A stretch of DNA of 64,000 bases, taken from contig OZ255708.1 of NCBI GenBank assembly GCA_965277085.1, positions 1,889,257 through 1,953,256 of the forward strand, given 5' to 3'. The notes beneath the pieces are model-generated. The model ran no database searches. It was not told where the DNA came from and was given only the letters and a program-made list of their open reading frames with translations. This document shows, one piece after another, positions 57,345-64,000 of this stretch. Source of the DNA: Acidobacteriaceae bacterium. GTDB taxonomy: Bacteria > Acidobacteriota > Terriglobia > Terriglobales > Acidobacteriaceae. The number at the start of each line of letters is the position of its first letter. The stretch's first letter is position 1. Made by a program: the position numbers and the translations under genes.

Positions 57345-57540
57345 ATCCAAAATACATTCAGGAGTAAACATGGTCGCGATTCATACAGCTACCTTGATTC
57401 TACGGGGGAAGCCTATCATGCTGATGTAGCAAGTCGTCCTACGCTTTCTAAGCAACTGTTGATTGCAGTATACGCAAGCGGCATTAGATGTAAGCTTGCT
57501 TCACGTTTTAGCTTCGCGAAATCCAAAAGAGGTCACTAGT

Positions 57541-58557
57541 ATGCAGATTGCGATGGTTGGATTGGGAAGAATGGGTGCCAATATGGTCGCCCGTCTCATC
57601 AAGGGTGGTCACAGCTGTGTGGTCTTCGATCACAGTCCGGATGCGGTACAGGCCTTGGTGCAGAAGGGCGCGGTTCCCTCTTCCTCGCTCAAGGAGATGG
57701 TAAGCAAGTTGCAGACACCGCGTGCCGTGTGGCTCATGGTTCCCGCCGGCGTCGTCGATCAGACGATACAAGAACTCCAGCCACTTCTTGAGCCGAGAGA
57801 CATCATCATCGACGGCGGCAATTCCCACTACGTGGATGACATTCGCCGGTCGAAAGCTCTTGCCGAGGCGCAAGTGACCTGGATCGATGTAGGAACGAGC
57901 GGAGGCGTGTACGGTCTCGAACGCGGATATTGCCTCATGATCGGAGGCCCGGACGAAGCTGTGCAGTACCTAGACCCAATCTTTAAAACGCTGGCACCCG
58001 GCCTGGGTTCGGTGGACAGAACTCCAGGACGAGACAAGGCTCCGCCAACGACGGCCGAAGATGGGTATCTACACTGTGGACCAGCTGGGGCGGGACACTT
58101 CGTCAAAATGGTGCATAACGGCATCGAGTACGGCATCATGGCGTCCTATGCCGAAGGTTTGAACATCCTCAAACATGCAAACGTGGGCAACACACAAGAA
58201 ACCTTTGACGCCGAGACGTCGCCTTTGCGCGAACCGGACCACTATAAGTATGATCTCCCCCTTCCAGAAATCGCCGAAGTCTGGCGGCGCGGCAGTGTAA
58301 TCGCCTCTTGGCTGCTTGATTTAACGGCTACCGCCTTGGTGGAGTCTCCGGATCTTGAAGGGTACAGCGGGCGCGTTTCGGATTCGGGAGAAGGACGATG
58401 GACAACCATCGCGGCCATCGATGAAGGTGTTCCAGCCGACGTGTTGAGCGCGGCGCTTTTTTCACGATTCACTTCACAGTCCAACGCGGTCTACGCGAAC
58501 AAATTGCTTTCCGCGATGCGGTACCAGTTTGGCGGTCACAAAGAGAAGAAAGGTTGA
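57541..58557 (+). CDS. gnd: 6-phosphogluconate dehydrogenase, decarboxylating (short GntZ/YqeC-like form)
   Basis: MQIAMVGLGRMGANMVARL NAD(P)-binding start and the GAGHFVKMVHNGIEYG signature. Confidence 0.9.
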   Translation: MQIAMVGLGRMGANMVARLIKGGHSCVVFDHSPDAVQALVQKGAVPSSSLKEMVSKLQTPRAVWLMVPAGVVDQTIQELQPLLEPRDIIIDGGNSHYVDDIRRSKALAEAQVTWIDVGTSGGVYGLERGYCLMIGGPDEAVQYLDPIFKTLAPGLGSVDRTPGRDKAPPTTAEDGYLHCGPAGAGHFVKMVHNGIEYGIMASYAEGLNILKHANVGNTQETFDAETSPLREPDHYKYDLPLPEIAEVWRRGSVIASWLLDLTATALVESPDLEGYSGRVSDSGEGRWTTIAAIDEGVPADVLSAALFSRFTSQSNAVYANKLLSAMRYQFGGHKEKKG

Positions 58558-58562
58558 AGCAT

Positions 58563-60080
58563 ATGGACGCCCAAAGCAACGCATCCACGCCACCGGTTCC
58601 AGCCTGCACGATGACTATCTTCGGCGCGAGCGGCGACTTGACCAAGCGTCTCTTATTGCCTTCGTTATACAACTTAGCTGCGGCTAAGGTGCTTCCTGAC
58701 GGGTTCCGTTTACTCGGGGTCGCCAGGGAGGATTGGGATGACGCCAAGTTCCAGGATCACATCGCAACCACCCTGAAAGAGTTTTGGGCTACCGAGGTGA
58801 ACCAAGACACCGTGGCATGGTTAACCACTCGTGCCGGATACCAACAAGCGAACTTCGATGAAGCGGCTTCATTCGATGCTGTCAAGCAAGCTATCGAGAA
58901 GTTGGAAAAGGAGAGTTCCTCGGGCGGAAAGCGCTTGTTTTATCTAGCCGTTGCGCCAAGCTTCATCTCGGGCATAGCCGCTCAGCTCTCTCATACTGGA
59001 TTGTTAGATGAGGAAGGCGATCGTTGGCGGCGCCTGATTGTTGAGAAACCGTTCGGCCACGATCTCGCGTCCGCCACCGCTCTCAACGCCGAGCTTCAGA
59101 AAAGCTTGCGGGAAGACCAGATTTATCGGATAGATCATTTTGCCGGAAAGGATGCTGTCCAGGACCTCACAGCCTTTCGGTTCTCGAACGCAATGATTGA
59201 GCCGTTGTGGAATCGCGCGATGATTTCCAACGTGCAAATCACCGCGGCTGAAACCGTCGGCGTTGAGGGGAGGGCCGGATATTACGAGACTGCGGGCGCG
59301 CTAAGAGACATGGTGCCGAACCACATGGCGGAGATGCTTTCCTTGATCGCCATGGAGCCCCCGGTATCGTTCACCGCCAAGCATATGCGCGACAAGCAGG
59401 TGGAGCTGCTTGCATCCGTGCGGAAGCTTAAACCTGAAGACGTTGGCACCCACGCTGTGCGCGGCCAATATGGCCCAGGCACCCTGAACGGCAAGAGCGT
59501 ACCAGGGTACCGGGAAGAGCCGGGAGTGGACGCACAATCCGACACGGAAACGTACGTCGCGATGCGGGTTGACATTGATAACTGGCGATGGTCGGGAGTC
59601 CCCTTCTATCTCCGAACGGGCAAACGTATGTCCAGTGCGGTCACGAGTATTGTTCTTACACTCCGGGAACCTCCAACGCGGCTGTTTCCCGGGTCCGAGC
59701 ATCAAGCGCCAAACAGCTTCACCTTCAACCTGCAGCCGTCGCCCAGTATCCGACTGGCATTTAATGCGAAAGATCCGGGGCTCACCACTTCCATCTGTTC
59801 GGATTCGATGCGGTTTGCCTTTCCTGGAGGTCCGTTTGGCGACCATGCTAAAGGCTACGAACGCTTGCTGCACGATGTCATGATTGGCGATGCCACACTT
59901 TTTCAAGCGGCAGAGTTTGTCGAAGAAGGCTGGCGTATGGTGCAGCCCTTACTGGACGCTTGGAGTGAGCCCACAAAAGTCGCCTTTCCGAACTACGCGG
60001 CGGGATCTTCCGGTCCTAAGGCGGCCGATGAGTTACTCGCGGCTGCGGGTCACGCTTGGACATCCTTGGAGTCAGCATGA
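58563..60080 (+). CDS. zwf: glucose-6-phosphate dehydrogenase
   Basis: IFGASGDLTKRLLLPSLY dinucleotide motif, RIDHFAGKD (a variant of RIDHYLGKE), and EKPFGHDL. The start region overlaps the gnd stop. Confidence 0.9.
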   Translation: MDAQSNASTPPVPACTMTIFGASGDLTKRLLLPSLYNLAAAKVLPDGFRLLGVAREDWDDAKFQDHIATTLKEFWATEVNQDTVAWLTTRAGYQQANFDEAASFDAVKQAIEKLEKESSSGGKRLFYLAVAPSFISGIAAQLSHTGLLDEEGDRWRRLIVEKPFGHDLASATALNAELQKSLREDQIYRIDHFAGKDAVQDLTAFRFSNAMIEPLWNRAMISNVQITAAETVGVEGRAGYYETAGALRDMVPNHMAEMLSLIAMEPPVSFTAKHMRDKQVELLASVRKLKPEDVGTHAVRGQYGPGTLNGKSVPGYREEPGVDAQSDTETYVAMRVDIDNWRWSGVPFYLRTGKRMSSAVTSIVLTLREPPTRLFPGSEHQAPNSFTFNLQPSPSIRLAFNAKDPGLTTSICSDSMRFAFPGGPFGDHAKGYERLLHDVMIGDATLFQAAEFVEEGWRMVQPLLDAWSEPTKVAFPNYAAGSSGPKAADELLAAAGHAWTSLESA

Positions 60081-60748
60081 ACGTCTTGGCCATAGACATC
60101 GGCGGCACTCACCTGAAGTTTAAATTGCAGAGTCAGTCCGAACCCGTAAAGGTTAAGTCTGGTTCGAAGATGACGCCGGAAAAGATGATGGACTCCATCA
60201 GAGCGTGTACGGCAGACTGGAAGTTCGACCATGTGTCCTTGGGCTATCCAGGGCCTGTTGTGCATGACGCACCCTTGATGGACCCACACAACTTGGGCAA
60301 GGGCTGGGTCGATTTCGAGTATAAGAAGGCCTTTGACGGTAAGCCGCTTCGCATGTTGAACGATGCGGCCATGCAGGCGCTCGGCAGCTACAAAGGCGGT
60401 CGTATGCTGTTCTTGGGCCTCGGCACCGGCCTGGGGTCCGCCATGGTGGTCGACGATGTAGTCCAATCCATGGAGCTTGCCCACTTTACCTGGAAGAAAG
60501 GCAGGACCTACGAAGATTTTCTTGGTGCCGAAGGTCTCAAGCGCGACGGTCGAAAGCATTGGCTCCGCCATGTAAACGAAGTCGTCGCGGAGATGCGGTC
60601 CACACTCAAAAGCGATTATATTGTCCTCGGTGGTGGCAATGCCAAGCTCGTCAAAGAGTTGCCCAAGAACGTCGCAATTGGAGCTAACGACAACGCGTTC
60701 AAAGGAGCTTTTATGCTCTGGAAAAGTGAACACGCGTCGTCCCGATAA
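60077..60748 (+). CDS. ROK family glucokinase (short, polyphosphate/ATP glucokinase-like)
   Basis: LAIDIGGTHLK..., LNDAAMQALG, LGLGTGLGSAMV, VLGGGNAK. The ATG at 60077 overlaps the zwf stop (ATGA). Confidence 0.8.
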   Translation: MNVLAIDIGGTHLKFKLQSQSEPVKVKSGSKMTPEKMMDSIRACTADWKFDHVSLGYPGPVVHDAPLMDPHNLGKGWVDFEYKKAFDGKPLRMLNDAAMQALGSYKGGRMLFLGLGTGLGSAMVVDDVVQSMELAHFTWKKGRTYEDFLGAEGLKRDGRKHWLRHVNEVVAEMRSTLKSDYIVLGGGNAKLVKELPKNVAIGANDNAFKGAFMLWKSEHASSR

Positions 60749-61018
60749 AGCGGCCCGGTCTACGCAGAACTCATTTGCGTCTCTTGGGCAAGCGTGAAGC
60801 AGGCGCGACCGTGCTCTTCGGCGATGATGCAACACAAGCAAGCTGCTGTCGCGGTTTAGGTGGTCTTGTAAGGAGTGAAACGTGCCGAGGATGATCGCGT
60901 GCTCGTTATCTTTTGCACGGTCGAGAACTGCGATAGCTTGCCGCGTGTCTCCAGAACGAAATCCTCCGGTTGCACAGAGATTTCGGCCACGATCCGCCAC
61001 ATCGTCATCGTCTGACCT

Positions 61019-62752
61019 CTATTCAATAACCCGCGCCACCACGTCGTAATCATGCGATTCGGTGATCTCCGCCCGATAGAACGTCCCCGGCACAAGCGTC
61101 TCATGCGGCCCGAAATCGTTGATGAGGACCTTGCCGTCAATCTCCGGGGCGTGGAGCGGGGTGCGGCCCTCCCAAAGCAGCTCGGTCTCCTCCGATTCTC
61201 CCTCGACGAGGAGGTCGATCTCGCGGCCCACCCACGCGGCTTTCGATTTCATGCTGATCTTCTGCTGGAGGCGCATCAGCTTGCGGCGGCGCGCCTGGAT
61301 GGTGCGCGCGGGTACTTTGATACTGGCGTCGAGATCGAAGGCCTTCGCACCCTCCTCGTCGGAGTATGTGAAGACGCCCAGCCAGTCAATCCTCGCGGCC
61401 TGGACGAAGTCGCAGAGGAGCTGGAAGTCCGCCTCGGTCTCGCCGGGGAAGCCGACGATAAAGCTGGTCCGAATGACGATGCCGGGAACGATCCGCCGCG
61501 CCTTAGCGATCAGGTCGAGGAAGAGTGCGCCGCTGCCACCCCGCTTCATCGTCTTGAGGACCGAAGGACTGGCGTGTTGCAGCGGAACGTCGAGGTACTT
61601 GGCGACGGTCGCGTGCCGGGCCATGGTTTCGAGCAGCCGCGTCGTGACCCTGTTCGGATAGGTGTAGAGGAAGCGCAGCCAGCGCAGGCCGGGGAGCGGC
61701 GCGAGCGCGTCGAGCAGCTGCGCCAGCCCATCTTTCAAGCCGAGGTCTTCGCCGTAGCAGGTGGTGTCCTGGCCGATGAGCGTGATCTCGCGGACGCCCT
61801 GCGCGATGAGGTTTTGCGCCTCAGCGACGATTGAGCCCATGCGCCGCGAGCGGAACTTGCCGCGCAGCTGCGGAATGATGCAGAAGGAGCACGGATGATC
61901 GCAGCCCTCGGCGATCTTGATGTAGGCCGACGCGCGCGGCGTGGCAAGGATGCGCGGCGTGGCGTCGTTATAGAGGTATTCCGGGAGAGCGGCGGTGGCT
62001 CCGTCCCAGGCTTCGCGGGAGAAGCGGCCTTGCTGCTGGCGAAGGTCACCTTCGGGGCGCGAGGTGGTGCCCGGGTCTATGCCACGCTGAATGTGGTCGC
62101 CCGGGTGCTGAAGCGGCTCGTCGCCATGCGTGGTGCCGGTCTCGGCGAGCGACTGGACGATGCGCAGTTGCGGCGCAATGGGCGTGTCGGTCAGCGGACG
62201 TGAGTGCTGGTTGACGGCGGAGGCAGCGCGGGAGACGAGCGTTTCGTTGACGAGCGGCGGGCTGAGGAGCGAAAGGTCGTGCTGGGTGTGCGACTCAATC
62301 TGCGGCTGGCCAAAATCTTGTGGAAGTATCTGGAAGGGTGAGTTTGTCTGCGGGGAAAGACCGGCCGCCGAAAGGATAGCTTCGAGCTCGCCTGTGCCGA
62401 CGACAGCGTCCACCTCAGGGATGTTCTTCCGGATCTCGTCGCGGTAACGCTCAACCAGGCAGCCGGCCACGACGATGCGCTGGGCCTTGCCGCCATGCTC
62501 CCGCTTATGCTGGACCATCTCCAGGATGGTGTTGACTGACTCCTGCTTGGCTGAATCGATGAAGGAGCAGGTGTTGATAACAATAATCTCGGCGTCTTCG
62601 GCTTTGGGCGTGAGTTCCGCGCCATTGTGGTGTAGCAGCCCCATCATCACCTCAGAATCGACGAGGTTTTTGGGGCAGCCGAGCGAGACAAAGCCTACCT
62701 TAGGACGTGTCGTGGTGACGAGTGGAGCGTCGAGGATCGCGGTAGCGGACAC
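61019..62752 (-). CDS. rimO: 30S ribosomal protein S12 methylthiotransferase RimO, with a large insertion
   Basis: MTTase N-domain (VGFVSLGCPKNLVDSE, NTCSFI, VAGCL), radical-SAM CDHPCSFC, and a TRAM C-terminus. The protein is 577 aa because of a ~120-aa non-conserved linker before the radical-SAM core. Confidence 0.9.
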   Translation of the reverse strand: MSATAILDAPLVTTTRPKVGFVSLGCPKNLVDSEVMMGLLHHNGAELTPKAEDAEIIVINTCSFIDSAKQESVNTILEMVQHKREHGGKAQRIVVAGCLVERYRDEIRKNIPEVDAVVGTGELEAILSAAGLSPQTNSPFQILPQDFGQPQIESHTQHDLSLLSPPLVNETLVSRAASAVNQHSRPLTDTPIAPQLRIVQSLAETGTTHGDEPLQHPGDHIQRGIDPGTTSRPEGDLRQQQGRFSREAWDGATAALPEYLYNDATPRILATPRASAYIKIAEGCDHPCSFCIIPQLRGKFRSRRMGSIVAEAQNLIAQGVREITLIGQDTTCYGEDLGLKDGLAQLLDALAPLPGLRWLRFLYTYPNRVTTRLLETMARHATVAKYLDVPLQHASPSVLKTMKRGGSGALFLDLIAKARRIVPGIVIRTSFIVGFPGETEADFQLLCDFVQAARIDWLGVFTYSDEEGAKAFDLDASIKVPARTIQARRRKLMRLQQKISMKSKAAWVGREIDLLVEGESEETELLWEGRTPLHAPEIDGKVLINDFGPHETLVPGTFYRAEITESHDYDVVARVIE

Positions 62753-62845
62753 ATCCTCTAGTTTACGGCAAGTTTACCGGCTAGCATCTGTTTTCGATGC
62801 GCATCGTTCCAGTGCGCTCCACCTGTGGGTAGCCTATCAGCGTGA

Positions 62846-64000
62846 CTATTTGAGGAAGTAGCGGGGTTGTTGACCAGGCGTCCAGGGGTTGTAGGTGGCG
62901 GCGAAGGCGGCGCGAGTGTGGATGGCGTCGTGGGTGTAAGTCCACCACTCGATGAACGGGTGGGGATCGGGGGTTTCGAGAGCCTTCTCGCCGAGGAGCT
63001 GGAAGGTTTCGACGCCGGTGGTTTGGGGGTCGGGGAGGATGGTGTGCATGGCTTCCTGGCCGTAGACGTCGGCGGCGTGCTCGTGGGCGCGGCTATACGC
63101 GTTGACGAGCGGCTCGGAGACGAAGGTGAGCGCGGCGAGGACGAGCAGGTAGACGGGGAGGGCGGCCCAATCGGCTGGGGAGGTGATGTTCCAGGCAGGC
63201 CCGTAGCGGCGGAGGAGCCATTCCGAGACGTGGAAGCCGATCCAGAAGGCGGCGAGCAGGAGCGTGCCCAGGAAGAGGAGCGTCCAGTAGATGTGGTTGA
63301 GGACGTAGTGGCCCATCTCGTGGCCGAAGATGAAGGCGATCTGCTCGGGGGTAGCGGCGGCGATGCTGGTGTCCCAGACGACGACGCGTTTGGAGGGGCC
63401 GAGGCCCGTGACGTAGGCGTTAACGCCGGTAGAGCGCTTGCTCGCATCCATCCAAAACATGCGTTCGGGCGGGATGGAGAGCTGGCCGCGGGCGACCACG
63501 CGCTCTAGCTGCGCGACGAGGGCGGGGTCGTGGGCGGCTAGGGGCTCGAAGTGCGAGAAGAGCGGGTCGATCAGGATGGGCGCGATGAAGACTCCGGCGA
63601 AGACAGCGGCCATGGCGGGGAACCAGAACCAGAGCCACCAGCGGCGGGGCGAGCGGCGGATCAGCCAAAAGAGAAGCATGGTACCGAGGCCGGTGGGCCC
63701 CCAGTCAAGGACGAACTGCTTGGCGAGATCGGCGAACCAGCCGGGCCAGCGCTGGACGGAGAGGCCGTAGGCGAGGCTGAGGTGATGGCCGTAGACGCCG
63801 AGCGGGAGGTCGAGGACTGCCATGATGAGGAGCAGAAGGAAGGTGAAGAGGAAGCACTGCGCCCAGCGGTTCGGGCTGGCACGCTGGGCGAGGTCGCGGA
63901 GGCGCGGGGGAATGCGGAGGGCGAGGAGAAGGAGGATTTGGAGGATGCCCCAGGCGGCTCCGGCAAAGTGGAGCAGGGTGCGGGTGCGGAAGAGGGCTTG
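62846..64000 (-). CDS. M48 family metallopeptidase (Ste24/HtpX-like), N-terminus beyond window
   Basis: HEXXH motif in FIFGHEMGHYVLNH, followed downstream by EHAADVYG. The reading frame stays open from 63823 to the window edge (…LFTFLLLLIMAVLDL), so the gene is partial here. Confidence 0.85.
   Translation of the reverse strand, partial: QALFRTRTLLHFAGAAWGILQILLLLALRIPPRLRDLAQRASPNRWAQCFLFTFLLLLIMAVLDLPLGVYGHHLSLAYGLSVQRWPGWFADLAKQFVLDWGPTGLGTMLLFWLIRRSPRRWWLWFWFPAMAAVFAGVFIAPILIDPLFSHFEPLAAHDPALVAQLERVVARGQLSIPPERMFWMDASKRSTGVNAYVTGLGPSKRVVVWDTSIAAATPEQIAFIFGHEMGHYVLNHIYWTLLFLGTLLLAAFWIGFHVSEWLLRRYGPAWNITSPADWAALPVYLLVLAALTFVSEPLVNAYSRAHEHAADVYGQEAMHTILPDPQTTGVETFQLLGEKALETPDPHPFIEWWTYTHDAIHTRAAFAATYNPWTPGQQPRYFLK

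Noticed and set aside
59110-59140. zwf signature reads RIDHFAGKD instead of the canonical RIDHYLGKE
   Set aside because: The substitutions are conservative and the catalytic His and Lys are retained. This is probably ordinary lineage variation. The absence of a pgl gene in the cluster is also common.
60050-61000. 316-aa ORF antisense to the glucokinase gene
   Set aside because: It lies opposite a gene with clear ROK motifs, has no recognisable domain, and is Arg/His-rich in the way antisense ORFs usually are.

Overview
GC-rich bacterial chromosomal window. The carboxypeptidase-regulatory-type TonB-dependent receptor relics and the general gene content suggest Acidobacteriota, but this is inference only. 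I saw no rRNA, tRNA or CRISPR array. All family calls come from motif recognition in the supplied translations, not from a database search. The window has two very different halves.

(1) Positions 1-34.4 kb are a decaying accessory region. By my reading about 24 genes are disrupted by 1-nt frameshifts, in-frame stops or truncations. These include a DUF2130 protein, a HAD hydrolase, a large helicase remnant, an SRAP peptidase, three paralogous TonB-dependent receptor relics, a LytTR response regulator, a serine recombinase, a histidine kinase, several alpha/beta hydrolases and oxidoreductases, an HxlR regulator, and an IS5-family element whose transposase carries a TGA where Trp is expected. 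Two intact blocks sit among them:
- a Fic operon (2350-4120);
- an 8-kb block (8978-16588) encoding MarR, a ClC channel, DUF488, an FAD monooxygenase, and a tight 4-gene operon of cytochrome-b/molybdopterin oxidoreductase fusion, HPP protein, group III truncated haemoglobin and cupin.

(2) In positions 34.5-64 kb every gene I could read is intact. This half contains:
- two paralogous four-gene FUSC-type efflux modules (TolC-like OMF, YtcA/AaeX-like small lipoprotein, HlyD adaptor, FUSC inner-membrane protein). The first is followed co-directionally by DoxX, VOC, YciI and an alpha/beta hydrolase. The second faces a divergent LysR regulator;
- an orphan receiver and a Tat-signal isochorismatase-family hydrolase between the two modules;
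- mlaE, mlaF and a long MlaD with an OmpA-like tail;
- translationally coupled gnd, zwf and a ROK glucokinase;
- rimO with a roughly 120-aa insertion;
- a partial M48 peptidase at the right edge.

I do not see an obvious new defence or toxin system. The most interesting candidates are the Moco/HPP/truncated-haemoglobin operon, the sharply localised pseudogene tract, and the duplicated efflux modules with their accessory genes.
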